The position numbers and the translations under genes are program-made. The notes beneath the pieces were generated by a model. The model was given only the letters and a program-made list of their open reading frames with translations, was not told where the DNA came from and ran no database searches. A stretch of DNA of 63,801 nucleotides. Source: a virus. Lineage: Duplodnaviria; Caudoviricetes. Where the stretch lies: the IMG/VR virus record IMGVR_UViG_3300032236_000737, positions 1 to 63,801 of that record. One strand, given 5' to 3'. This document shows, one piece after another, positions 1 through 8,951 of the stretch (position 1 is its first letter; each line of letters starts with the position of its first letter).

Positions 1-1012
1 AAAGGCAGGACACGATGTTCAAGTTATATGTGGGCCTACGGATATTCCTACAGCCACTACTCCTGGTGCTTTTCTTAATTTTGGTGGCACCAATATATAC
101 AAGTCTGTACAAGTTGAGCAAATGGGCCGTTTATTTTGTGACGGATCCGTTAAGCCCGGCGATCACTTTATCTTTACTGATGCTTGGCACCCTGGCATAA
201 TTAATTTAAAATACATGAGTGAGTTACTGAATATTCCAGTAACTACACATGGTTTATGGCATGCTGGCAGTTATGATCCACAAGACTTTTTAGGAAGACT
301 AGTCGGAGATAAGCCTTGGGTCAGGCATGCGGAGAAAAGTTTTTATAACTGTTTCGATCACAACTACTTTGCTACAGACTTTCACATTCGTATGTTTTAC
401 GAAAACTTGATCAAACCAGATCCAGATCGCAAAGCATCTATGTATAAGACTGTAATCGAAGATACCGTATTCAACAACAAAGTTGTACGTACAGGTTGGC
501 CTATGGAGTATATGGAAGATACATTACTAATGTATAAGAATATGCCCAAGCGTGATCTTATTTTATTCCCGCATCGCATCGCACCTGAAAAGCAAGTTGA
601 AATTTTTAGAGACTTGGCTAGACATTTACCACAGTATGAGTTTGTAGTGTGTCAGGATCAACAGCTAACAAAAAATGAATATCATAATTTATTAGGCGAA
701 GCAAAGATTGTGTTTAGTGCTAACTTACAAGAAACTTTAGGCATTAGTTGCTATGAAGGTGCGGTAGTTGACGCTATTCCTATGGTTCCGGATAGATTAA
801 GTTATACAGAAATGTATTACGATACATTCAAGTATCCAAGCGAATGGACTGAGAGCTATGAAGTTTATGATTCGACCAGGCCTGCTATTTGTAATAAAAT
901 AATACAATACATGGATCATTACGAACAATTTATACCGCAAGTTCGAAAACAAGCAAAGGATTTACATGACTACTTCTTTAGCGCCAGAGGATTACTTGAC
1001 AACCTTAAATAG
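1..1012 (+). CDS. GT-B fold glycosyltransferase (GT4/Glycos_transf_1-like), 5'-truncated by the window edge
   Basis: The frame is open from base 2 (KAGHDVQVICGP...), upstream of the listed Met at 122. The C-terminal HRIAPEK and ETLGISCYEG (E-x7-E) motifs are typical of retaining GT-B enzymes. Confidence 0.75.
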   Translation, partial: KAGHDVQVICGPTDIPTATTPGAFLNFGGTNIYKSVQVEQMGRLFCDGSVKPGDHFIFTDAWHPGIINLKYMSELLNIPVTTHGLWHAGSYDPQDFLGRLVGDKPWVRHAEKSFYNCFDHNYFATDFHIRMFYENLIKPDPDRKASMYKTVIEDTVFNNKVVRTGWPMEYMEDTLLMYKNMPKRDLILFPHRIAPEKQVEIFRDLARHLPQYEFVVCQDQQLTKNEYHNLLGEAKIVFSANLQETLGISCYEGAVVDAIPMVPDRLSYTEMYYDTFKYPSEWTESYEVYDSTRPAICNKIIQYMDHYEQFIPQVRKQAKDLHDYFFSARGLLDNLK

Positions 1013-1352
1013 TTCTGGAACAGATACTATTACTATTTCTAATGGTAGTACTAGTTACTATAATATCGGCGGCACTAGTTCTAGTCCTACGTTTACTTTA
1101 AACAATACCGGAACTATTTCTGTCGGTTCTATTGGTGCTACTATTAGTACCATTAATGTTACAGGTGCAGGGTCTGGTTGGACTTGGCAAGATCCTGTAG
1201 AATTTGTAGATTCGTTTCCAGATTTTAATCGTATTCAAAAAATGTGCGAGGAATATCCAGGTTTAAAAATAGCATACGAAAAATTTGTAACAACATATAA
1301 ACTAGTGAAAGACCACTATGACACTCCAGAAGATCAGAGACCAATTTCTTAA
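966..1352 (+). CDS. hypothetical protein (Ser/Thr/Gly-rich N-terminus, conserved-looking C-terminal 'MCEEYPGLKIAYEKF' helix)
   Basis: 128-aa ORF overlapping both neighbours in a tightly packed operon. Confidence 0.65.
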   Translation: MTTSLAPEDYLTTLNSSGTDTITISNGSTSYYNIGGTSSSPTFTLNNTGTISVGSIGATISTINVTGAGSGWTWQDPVEFVDSFPDFNRIQKMCEEYPGLKIAYEKFVTTYKLVKDHYDTPEDQRPIS

Positions 1353-1815
1353 TTGGCTAGAACGCAACGACCGTAAACGTGTTATTATGGATCGTGTTGA
1401 AAACGAACCATATCTAGAACGCTATTACATCTTTTTAAAAGATCGTAAGAGTTTTCCGTTTAATGTATTCTTACATAAGTTCCTAAAGGGAGATCCAGAC
1501 GATGTTCATGATCACCCATGGCCTTATGCTACATTAATTTTAAAAGGAGGCTACTACGAATGGGTGCCTGTCTTTAATACACTAGGTGAAAAAATTAATG
1601 AAATTCGATATTGGCGTGGCCCGGGGCATTTCCGTATTTGTAAACCAACGAGCTATCATCGAATTGAACTAGCAGAAGGTGTAACAGCTTGGACATTGTT
1701 CATGCCTGGTCCTCAAACTCGTGAATGGGGTTTCCTTGTAAAGAACAAATGGATTCACAACGACAATTACTTAACTAGTAGAAAGAATGGCGTATTTTCC
1801 AACATCAACAGGTAA
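1318..1815 (+). CDS. cupin-fold protein
   Basis: HDHPW...GGYYE...YHRIEL metal-binding cupin motifs. Confidence 0.7.
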   Translation: MTLQKIRDQFLNWLERNDRKRVIMDRVENEPYLERYYIFLKDRKSFPFNVFLHKFLKGDPDDVHDHPWPYATLILKGGYYEWVPVFNTLGEKINEIRYWRGPGHFRICKPTSYHRIELAEGVTAWTLFMPGPQTREWGFLVKNKWIHNDNYLTSRKNGVFSNINR

Positions 1816-2182
1816 TGCAGGTCAAGTATTAACAGTATCCGGTGCTAACGGATCAAGTTATGCAACAACAACTGCATGGGCAAATCCAAATACCAATTTT
1901 AATGATGGTACTAATGCTGTGATGACTATTCCCCACGGTGGTAAAACTGTGGAAATAGCCAAAGCGGCAACATTAGATGTTAAAGGTACTGTAAAAATAA
2001 ACGGAGTTGACTTGGAAGAACGGTTAACCACAATCGAAACACTCTTGCAAATTCCAACAAGAGATGTTACAATGGAAGCTAAACATCCAAAGCTCAAAGC
2101 ATTATATGAAGAATATATGCATGAATTGGAAAAATATAAAACATGGCATCGAATTAAAGGAGATAATGATGGAACTACATGA
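1787..2182 (+). CDS. hypothetical protein
   Basis: 131-aa ORF in the operon; its C-terminus (KHPKLKALYEEY) resembles that of 966..1352. Confidence 0.65.
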   Translation: MAYFPTSTGNAGQVLTVSGANGSSYATTTAWANPNTNFNDGTNAVMTIPHGGKTVEIAKAATLDVKGTVKINGVDLEERLTTIETLLQIPTRDVTMEAKHPKLKALYEEYMHELEKYKTWHRIKGDNDGTT

Positions 2183-2399
2183 ATCAATTAAAGATACCTA
2201 TAAAGAAATGGTTATCAAAGAACACGCAGGCTTTAGACTTACTCTAAAGAAACACGAAGTACTAAGCCCTAAAGGTTTGTTTAGTGTTGACATGGTTCAA
2301 GAGTCGTTAAAAGACGGCGAAGTAGTTGACTCACAAACTTATAATTTCTTTATGACTAAAGAAGAAATGCAAACTCTAGCATACGGTTTAACTGCATGA
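2169..2399 (+). CDS. hypothetical protein
   Basis: Start placed at ATG 2169 after an AAAGGAGA Shine-Dalgarno; ATGA overlap with the next gene. Confidence 0.65.
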   Translation: MELHESIKDTYKEMVIKEHAGFRLTLKKHEVLSPKGLFSVDMVQESLKDGEVVDSQTYNFFMTKEEMQTLAYGLTA

Positions 2400-2884
2400 A
2401 GAAAGTTTACTACAGTTGGAAAGATGTTCAAGGTGCTTGTCTAGAAATCGCTAGACAAATTAACACCGGCGACTGGCGTCCAGATTACATTGTAGGCATT
2501 ACCCGTGGCGGATTAGTACCTGCTGTACTGTTAAGTCAGTATTTAGGTATTCCTATGAAATCGTTAGATGTTAGTTTACGAGATGGCGGCGATACTGTAA
2601 GTAACTGTGGTATGGCCGATGACGCTTATGAAGGCAAGAAGATCCTTGTTGTTGATGACATTAACGATCAAGGATCGACTATTGCATGGATTAAAAAGGA
2701 TTGGCGGGATATTTGTCATCCTAGTGCAATTCGCTGGGATACTACATTCCACTATAATGTAAGATTTGCTACGCTTACAAGCAATCTTGCTAGCAAAGAA
2801 ATTGTTGACTATTCCGTATGGGAAGTTAACAAAGCAGAAGAAGATTGCTGGTTAGTTTATCCTTGGGAGGATTTTTGGTTATGA
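2396..2884 (+). CDS. type I phosphoribosyltransferase (xanthine/guanine PRTase-like)
   Basis: IVGITRGGLVPA, PRPP-binding ILVVDDINDQGST, and C-terminal WLVYPWE motifs. Confidence 0.85.
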   Translation: MKKVYYSWKDVQGACLEIARQINTGDWRPDYIVGITRGGLVPAVLLSQYLGIPMKSLDVSLRDGGDTVSNCGMADDAYEGKKILVVDDINDQGSTIAWIKKDWRDICHPSAIRWDTTFHYNVRFATLTSNLASKEIVDYSVWEVNKAEEDCWLVYPWEDFWL

Positions 2885-3078
2885 CATCGGCATTGATTAA
2901 ACTTATTTTAGGAATTACACTAATTGTAATTGCAGTAGTACTCGGTCCTATTGTTGGTATTTGGAGTTTGAATACATTGTTTCCAGTGTTGCATATTCCG
3001 TATACTTTAGAAACATGGGCGGCTTACTTTTTATTGCTAGGCAGTATTACTGGATTACGATTTGGTTCTAGAAAATGA
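2881..3078 (+). CDS. small membrane protein (2 predicted TM helices)
   Basis: ATG at 2881 overlaps the previous stop; two hydrophobic segments. Confidence 0.6.
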   Translation: MTSALIKLILGITLIVIAVVLGPIVGIWSLNTLFPVLHIPYTLETWAAYFLLLGSITGLRFGSRK

Positions 3079-3242
3079 CATTAACTGTAAAAGAGATTAA
3101 CGAAAAAATTGAACAAGTTCAGCGAGATCTCGAAAAAGTTCGAGGGCAACCGGACGGTTCTCGTAAAGCAGAAATGCTGGAACAGTATATCGATTATTTA
3201 AAAGACGAGCTGAAAGAGGCATCACGTGGTAACAGAACTTGA
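3075..3242 (+). CDS. small hypothetical protein (55 aa, below ORF-track cutoff)
   Basis: MTLTVKEINEKIEQVQRDLEKVRGQ...RGNRT*; fills the gap with an ATGA overlap. Confidence 0.6.
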   Translation: MTLTVKEINEKIEQVQRDLEKVRGQPDGSRKAEMLEQYIDYLKDELKEASRGNRT

Positions 3243-3609
3243 AAAGGCACTTAATGACAAAACCGCACCTTGGACCGAAATTGAATATCGAACAAAAGAC
3301 TTCTGGGTTTTCAGAGATGCATATCCAGTTACCGAAGGGCATTTGCTTTTTGTGCCTACCTTCAAAAAATCTGAAAACTTATATGAGTGCTTCAGAGCCG
3401 CTTACAAATTCGGATATGAAGGTGTCGAATCGGAAAAATGGGAAGGCTTTAACATCGGACAAAATGTCGGCGAAGTTGCTGGTCAGACAGTAATGTATCC
3501 GCATGTTCATATGATACCCCGCAGGAATGGAGATATGGAAGATCCAAGAGGCGGGGTTCGTCATGTTATACCAGAAAAAGGAAATTATAAAAATGACTTG
3601 GGAAAATAG
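3226..3609 (+). CDS. HIT family nucleotide hydrolase
   Basis: DAYPVTEGHLLFVP and AGQTVMYPHVHMIPR histidine-triad-like motif (first His replaced by Tyr). Confidence 0.85.
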   Translation: MVTELEKALNDKTAPWTEIEYRTKDFWVFRDAYPVTEGHLLFVPTFKKSENLYECFRAAYKFGYEGVESEKWEGFNIGQNVGEVAGQTVMYPHVHMIPRRNGDMEDPRGGVRHVIPEKGNYKNDLGK

Positions 3610-3832
3610 AATTAAACATCTTGAAGAAGGTCATACTGCACTTGATAAACAAATCGATAACTTAGAAAAGAACGGTTTGTATGAAGATTTGCATTTAGAA
3701 GAATTAAAAAAGAAACGCTTGCATCTTAAAGACCAAATTGAGAAGTTAAAACGAGAACACGATTTAGCTGAATATCAAAAGCAAGCTCAAGATTTATGGT
3801 CAGATTCCTGTACTACACCTCGGGCCAAATGA
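3593..3832 (+). CDS. DUF465/YdcH-like coiled-coil protein
   Basis: HTALDKQI...LKKKRLHLKDQI pattern; start placed at ATG 3593. Confidence 0.6.
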   Translation: MTWENRIKHLEEGHTALDKQIDNLEKNGLYEDLHLEELKKKRLHLKDQIEKLKREHDLAEYQKQAQDLWSDSCTTPRAK

Positions 3833-4074
3833 AAAAACATCATAAAGTAGGCACGCTTGAAGCCAAAGAAGAAGGCCGTGTACATGTTGTAAGATTGCAC
3901 TGGGATGGTCAAGGACAGTTTTGGTGGAACGAAGCGTGTGCCGATGTTCTCGAAGTTTTTGGATTACCCGGTGAAAGATTTACAAGTCATCCAACAATGG
4001 ATGCAATGGATTTTCATTTTAAATCAAAAAAGGATGCAGAGTTATGCAAAATACTTCTTTCAGAGAAGCTTTAG
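3829..4074 (+). CDS. hypothetical protein
   Basis: ATGA overlap at 3829; WWNEACADVLEVFGLPG core. Confidence 0.6.
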   Translation: MKKHHKVGTLEAKEEGRVHVVRLHWDGQGQFWWNEACADVLEVFGLPGERFTSHPTMDAMDFHFKSKKDAELCKILLSEKL

Positions 4075-4262
4075 ACTTTTATTCAGTACTTGTATTGGGA
4101 ATTATCGGATTTGTGTTTGCCATTTATTGGAACTACTCACATCCTCACATGGTTGTTAGATACGATTGCTCAATTGCAGAAATAAGCCCGGACTATCCGC
4201 CAGCAGTTAAAGAAGGATGTCGCAAACTTCGAGCAGAAAATATCTTGCAAAAACCTAAATAA
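4044..4262 (+). CDS. small membrane-anchored protein
   Basis: One TM segment followed by YDCSIAEISPDYPPAVKEGCR. Confidence 0.55.
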   Translation: MQNTSFREALDFYSVLVLGIIGFVFAIYWNYSHPHMVVRYDCSIAEISPDYPPAVKEGCRKLRAENILQKPK

Positions 4263-4273
4263 ACCTATATAAT
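4245..4273 (+). promoter_or_regulatory. sigma70-type promoter with an embedded TAAATA late box upstream of folE
   Basis: TTGCAA-N17-TATAAT; TAAATA at 4256-4261; GGAG SD before ATG 4292. Confidence 0.6.
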
Positions 4274-4291
4274 ATAAACATAGGAGTAATA

Positions 4292-5020
4292 ATGACTGAA
4301 TCCAGAACATATAATATAGACGCAGACGAAGGCAGACCGTTGCACGTAGCCATTCGTGAGCAAATGAAAAAACAAGGTCAACGCTTTTGGGCTGGTGACA
4401 ATATCAGTGAATACATTGATGAAGAACAAAAAGAAGTATTAATCGAAGAAGCAACTAAGGCTTTTGAAAAAGTATTAGACGCTCTATTGATTGATAGAGA
4501 AACAGATCCAAACTCGCATGGTACTGCGAAGCGTCTTGCTAAAATGTACTTTAACGAAATAATGAGTGGAAGATATGAACCAGCACCAGACGCAACCGCA
4601 TTTCCAAACGACAGTTCAGATCGCTATGAAGGCATGCTCGTGGTTCGTAGTGAGTTGCGTTCTATGTGCAGTCATCATCACCAGCCTGTTACCGGTGTTG
4701 CTTATATTGGTATCATTGCGGCTGAAAAGCTCATCGGACTTAGCAAATACACACGCATCGCACAGTGGTGTGCTAGACGAGGTACTCTCCAGGAGGAACT
4801 TTGTAATGACATTGCTAGGGAGATCCAAAAAGCAACAGGCGCAACAGACTTAGGCGTGTACATTCAAGCTACACACGGTTGTTGTGAGAATCGCGGCATT
4901 ATGGCTAAAAGCAGTCTTACACAGACTACAGTTTTGCGTGGCGCATTTAATACAGATATGGGCACAAAGAAAGAGTTCTTTGACAATATTAAACTACAAC
5001 AAGATTGGGCATCAAAGTAA
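4292..5020 (+). CDS. folE: GTP cyclohydrolase I
   Basis: SMCSHHHQP, GLSKYTRI, LQEEL and HGCCENRG motifs (Zn ligands C/H/C). Confidence 0.95.
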   Translation: MTESRTYNIDADEGRPLHVAIREQMKKQGQRFWAGDNISEYIDEEQKEVLIEEATKAFEKVLDALLIDRETDPNSHGTAKRLAKMYFNEIMSGRYEPAPDATAFPNDSSDRYEGMLVVRSELRSMCSHHHQPVTGVAYIGIIAAEKLIGLSKYTRIAQWCARRGTLQEELCNDIAREIQKATGATDLGVYIQATHGCCENRGIMAKSSLTQTTVLRGAFNTDMGTKKEFFDNIKLQQDWASK

Positions 5021-5367
5021 TGAAGTTGCAAATACCAGCAGAAGGCATTATGAAAACAAATGACTGGGGAGACAGTAAAGTCTACCGAGTTACTTGTAGC
5101 TGTGGTGCTTCCGACCACGATCATCATGTGTGGGTAGAGGCAGACGAAAGCGATGTAAGTGTTACTATCTATACAACTGTACATAGTAACTGGTGGAGTA
5201 AAACTCGGTGGCATGCCATTTGGACATTGCTGACTAAGGGTTACATCGATACTGAATCTACCGTTATCATGCGTAAACAACAAGCATATAACTATGCTCA
5301 AACTTTGCTGAGTGCTGTCAAAGATGTAGAGGATTTTAGAGATGCAAAACGCAAAACAAATATTTGA
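5020..5367 (+). CDS. hypothetical protein (CxC...HDH possible metal site)
   Basis: TAATG overlap with the folE stop. Confidence 0.6.
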   Translation: MKLQIPAEGIMKTNDWGDSKVYRVTCSCGASDHDHHVWVEADESDVSVTIYTTVHSNWWSKTRWHAIWTLLTKGYIDTESTVIMRKQQAYNYAQTLLSAVKDVEDFRDAKRKTNI

Positions 5368-5566
5368 TGACACAATGCATCGAATTAAGAATATGCAACT
5401 TTTCGAAATTAAACGAGAAGTAGGTCAGGGATGGTTGCCACAAGGCACTATCCCTTTCGACGTTACAGCCAAAAACGGTGTTGCTACATTTAAAGTATAC
5501 GCTGAGTTTTTACAAGATGCAGAAGATCAAGTATCACAATTTTTAGAACGAGACGACAATGAGTAA
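5342..5566 (+). CDS. hypothetical protein
   Basis: 74-aa ORF overlapping both neighbours. Confidence 0.55.
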   Translation: MQNAKQIFDDTMHRIKNMQLFEIKREVGQGWLPQGTIPFDVTAKNGVATFKVYAEFLQDAEDQVSQFLERDDNE

Positions 5567-6410
5567 ATTAAAAGTAGCAGAATTATTTTATAGCATACAA
5601 GGTGAAGGACGCTTTATGGGTGTGCCTTCTGTTTTCTTGCGTACATTTGGATGTAATTTTAAATGTGCAGGATTTGGTATGCCACGCGGAGAACTTAGCA
5701 ACGAAGTAGAAGACATTGCTCAAGTTGTTCATATGTTCAATAAGTATGAAGACTTGCCACTAGTTAGCACAGGTTGCGATAGCTATGCTAGTTGGGATCC
5801 ACGTTTTAAAGATTTAAGCCCAATGCTTACTACAGATGCTATTGTAGAACGTATTATGGAAATTCTTCCATATAAATCATGGCACGATGAGCATTTAGTT
5901 ATTACAGGCGGAGAACCTTTGCTAGGATGGCAACGTGCTTATCCAGATTTGCTCTCGCATGAATATATGAAGCCATTAAAAGAAATTACATTTGAAACTA
6001 ATGGTACTCAAAAGCTAACCGAAGAGTTTAAAGATTATTTGTTAGACTGGACAGGTTCTGGTGCTTTCAATAGAGGCCTTACATTTAGCGTCAGTGCTAA
6101 GTTAAGTTGTAGTGGAGAAAAGAGAGAAGAAGCAATTCGTCCAGATATTGTATGCGAATATCAAGAGCTTGGTTATACATATTTGAAATTTGTAGTTGCT
6201 ACTGAAGATGATGCATACGAAGCATTAGAAGTATCAGACATTTATAGACTTGCTGGTTTCGAAGGTCCTATATACTTGATGCCAGTAGGCGGTGTTGAAA
6301 GTGTTTACACATTAAATAACCGTCGTGTAGCAGAACTAGCAATGAAGGCAGGCTTGCGTTACAGCGATAGATTGCAAGTACCTTTATTTAAAAATGAATG
6401 GGGAACCTAA
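5559..6410 (+). CDS. queE: 7-carboxy-7-deazaguanine synthase (radical SAM)
   Basis: ELFYSIQGEG, VFLRTFGCNFKC, CDS, VITGGEPL, ETNGT and RLQVPLF motifs. Confidence 0.9.
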   Translation: MSKLKVAELFYSIQGEGRFMGVPSVFLRTFGCNFKCAGFGMPRGELSNEVEDIAQVVHMFNKYEDLPLVSTGCDSYASWDPRFKDLSPMLTTDAIVERIMEILPYKSWHDEHLVITGGEPLLGWQRAYPDLLSHEYMKPLKEITFETNGTQKLTEEFKDYLLDWTGSGAFNRGLTFSVSAKLSCSGEKREEAIRPDIVCEYQELGYTYLKFVVATEDDAYEALEVSDIYRLAGFEGPIYLMPVGGVESVYTLNNRRVAELAMKAGLRYSDRLQVPLFKNEWGT

Positions 6411-6649
6411 TGTCTGCTCCACTACCTATTCCAGAAACAGTTGAAATTTATATGTTGCTACGGCAGTCGGGCATGTCTTTTAATAGCCCGGCAGTTGTTA
6501 CAACTAATTATTCTATGGGTAGTGGATTCTTTGCTACTAGGAAAGAAGCAGAACATCATAGAACTTTAGAAATCTTAAAAGACGAAAAGGCACTATTTCA
6601 TATTTTTGAATTGACTGTGCCTAATCCAGCATACAAAGGAGAAAAATAA
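6410..6649 (+). CDS. hypothetical protein
   Basis: TAATG overlap with the queE stop. Confidence 0.55.
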   Translation: MSAPLPIPETVEIYMLLRQSGMSFNSPAVVTTNYSMGSGFFATRKEAEHHRTLEILKDEKALFHIFELTVPNPAYKGEK

Positions 6650-6804
6650 TGTTTTTTACATTTTGTTTTATTGTAGGTTGGGCATTGATTATAATGCTTG
6701 TTCTAAATTGGTTCCGAAAAATGCCGCCTAGTGCGTGTACCGGACATTGTAGACAAGGTAGAGATTGTACTTGTATGGAAGAGAAAAATGAAAAAACTAA
6801 TTAA
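6649..6804 (+). CDS. 51-aa membrane protein with Cys motif CTGHCRQGRDCTC (below ORF-track cutoff)
   Basis: TAATG overlap and AAGGAG SD; MFFTFCFIVGWALIIMLVLNWFRK... TM followed by a four-Cys tail. Confidence 0.6.
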   Translation: MFFTFCFIVGWALIIMLVLNWFRKMPPSACTGHCRQGRDCTCMEEKNEKTN

Positions 6805-7243
6805 AAAAATATTTGGCATAGATAAAATCGAAGCCCAAAAAGACCAGGCACTTGCCGAAGCGGCGGTTGCTGAGAAATTGGCTAAACAAAAACTCCAAGA
6901 AGTAACCGAAGCCGAGAAAGCCGCAGAACTTGCTAAAATGGGTCCAAAAGAACGTGCTACTGCCAAAGGTGAAGCATGGGTAGGCGTTTTGGATACTAAA
7001 GTTAATCCAGAAAATGTAAGGAACGGCTTCTTTGAGCTTGACTGGAACGCAGAGTTTGTAGTACAATTGAAGCAAGCTGGATACGGTTTTGATGGCGATC
7101 CAGAAGAGGAAATAGTAGACCGTTGGTTTAGAGATTTAGCCGCAAATATGCTGGCTGAAGATGGACAAGATCTAAATCGAAACAATACTATGGGTTTTAT
7201 TAACATAAGCAAGATAGGTAACGGCAAAGCCGAAGTACAATGA
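6788..7243 (+). CDS. conserved phage hypothetical protein
   Basis: Start MKKLIKK at 6788; NGFFELDWN...EEEIVDRWF core. Confidence 0.7.
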   Translation: MKKLIKKIFGIDKIEAQKDQALAEAAVAEKLAKQKLQEVTEAEKAAELAKMGPKERATAKGEAWVGVLDTKVNPENVRNGFFELDWNAEFVVQLKQAGYGFDGDPEEEIVDRWFRDLAANMLAEDGQDLNRNNTMGFINISKIGNGKAEVQ

Positions 7244-8241
7244 CATATATTATAGTCGATACAGCTAATACATTCTTTCGTGCTAGACACGTAGTTCAAG
7301 GGTCAGCTGATATTAAACTTGGCATGGCATTTCATATTACTTTTAATAGTATTAAAAAGGCATGGCAAGACTTTGGCGGCAGTCATGTAGTGTTCTGCCT
7401 CGAAGGTCGCTCGTGGCGTAAGGATTTCTATACACCGTATAAAGCAAATAGAGCCGAAACTCGTGCGGCTATGACTGTTCGAGAACAAGAAGAAGATAAA
7501 TTGTTCTGGGAAGCATTTGACGAGTTTAAAAAATTTATTACAGAAAAGACTAACTGTACAATTTTACAACATCCACGGTTAGAAGCAGATGATTTAATTG
7601 CTGGATGGGTACAAAGTCATCTGGATGCAAAACATGTTATCATTTCAACAGACGGTGATTTCGCACAACTAATTAGCCCTACGGTTAGCCAATATAATGG
7701 TGTAGGTGATTTACATATTACACACGAAGGAATCTTTGATGCCAAAGGTAAACCCGTTAAAGACAAAAAAACAGGCGAGCCAAAACCAGCACAAGACCCG
7801 GAGTGGATGCTATTCGAGAAATGTATGCGTGGTGATACCAGTGATAATGTCTTCTCGGCGTATCCAGGTGTGCGTACTAAAGGTTCTAAAAACAAAGTTG
7901 GTCTTACTGAAGCGTTCGAAGACCGTAAATCCAAAGGATTTGCGTGGAACAATCTCATGCTTCAGAGGTGGACCGACCATAACGGCGTCGAACACAGAGT
8001 CTTAGAAGACTATCAACGTAACGTACAACTATGTGACTTAACAGCACAACCCGATGATATTAAACAATGTATTCGTGAAACTATTGAAGCAAATGCAGTA
8101 CCAAAAGATATTACTCAAGTAGGTATTCGTATGCTTAAATTCTGCAACACATGGGACATGAAAAAGATTGCAGACAACATACAAACGTATGCTGAGCCGT
8201 TCCAAGCAAAGTATCCAGAAAAATTAACCGAGGAGATTTAA
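7240..8241 (+). CDS. rnh: T4-type RNase H / 5'-3' flap exonuclease
   Basis: IVDTAN, SWRKDFYTPYKANR, EADDLI, ISTDGDFAQL and GDTSDNV acidic motifs. Confidence 0.88.
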   Translation: MTYIIVDTANTFFRARHVVQGSADIKLGMAFHITFNSIKKAWQDFGGSHVVFCLEGRSWRKDFYTPYKANRAETRAAMTVREQEEDKLFWEAFDEFKKFITEKTNCTILQHPRLEADDLIAGWVQSHLDAKHVIISTDGDFAQLISPTVSQYNGVGDLHITHEGIFDAKGKPVKDKKTGEPKPAQDPEWMLFEKCMRGDTSDNVFSAYPGVRTKGSKNKVGLTEAFEDRKSKGFAWNNLMLQRWTDHNGVEHRVLEDYQRNVQLCDLTAQPDDIKQCIRETIEANAVPKDITQVGIRMLKFCNTWDMKKIADNIQTYAEPFQAKYPEKLTEEI

Positions 8242-8242
8242 A

Positions 8243-8437
8243 ATGAGTGCAATTTCAGACAAACTAGTAAAAGTAAATGAAAACTTTACAATCAACCGTT
8301 ACGACAACGGCTTTATGATTGAAGTAGGCGGGCGTGACGACAATGACGATTGGAAAAGTGCCAAAGTTATTGTTAGTACAGAAGACGAACTAATCGACGC
8401 TATTAAAGAAGCATTGTCTTTGCCAGTGGCAGAGTAA
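8243..8437 (+). CDS. hypothetical protein
   Basis: GAGGAG SD; 64-aa ORF. Confidence 0.7.
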   Translation: MSAISDKLVKVNENFTINRYDNGFMIEVGGRDDNDDWKSAKVIVSTEDELIDAIKEALSLPVAE

Positions 8438-8447
8438 GGAGATAAAC

Positions 8448-8951
8448 ATGGCAACATGGACCGTTAGCACACATTATAAAAAATCTTGCCAAGAAGTTGA
8501 ATTTTGGGTTCGACGTGAAGGCGAAGGAAAACTTATCGTTACTAACGGTTTCCGTTATGGCGAGTGGACTGTAGAAACTACAGACGACAATCCTCCAGAA
8601 TTTGAATTTACAGAAGTTCCAGGCGGTGATGGCAAGAAAGATAGCATCAATATGCTAGATTGCGAAGTTAATAACATTGAAAGTGTCGAGCTTGTTGAAA
8701 TGTTTGACGGCGGTTGCTGGTACGATATCGAGTTTGAAGATCTTACCGAAGAAGAGGAAGAAGAGATTCAAGAGTTTATCGACGAAAACAGTGTTTACGA
8801 ACTAGAAGATCGTGACGAAGATAGCTGGTACCAAGACGAAACCGAATGGTGGATTTGGGGTCCAATTGAAATTAAAAACGAAGACGGCGAAACTGTACGT
8901 ATTATCTGTGCAGATGCAGACGGCAATGTAGTTGACTTTAAGGAAGACTAA
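8448..8951 (+). CDS. highly acidic hypothetical protein
   Basis: AAGGAG SD; very Asp/Glu/Trp-rich. Confidence 0.7.
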   Translation: MATWTVSTHYKKSCQEVEFWVRREGEGKLIVTNGFRYGEWTVETTDDNPPEFEFTEVPGGDGKKDSINMLDCEVNNIESVELVEMFDGGCWYDIEFEDLTEEEEEEIQEFIDENSVYELEDRDEDSWYQDETEWWIWGPIEIKNEDGETVRIICADADGNVVDFKED

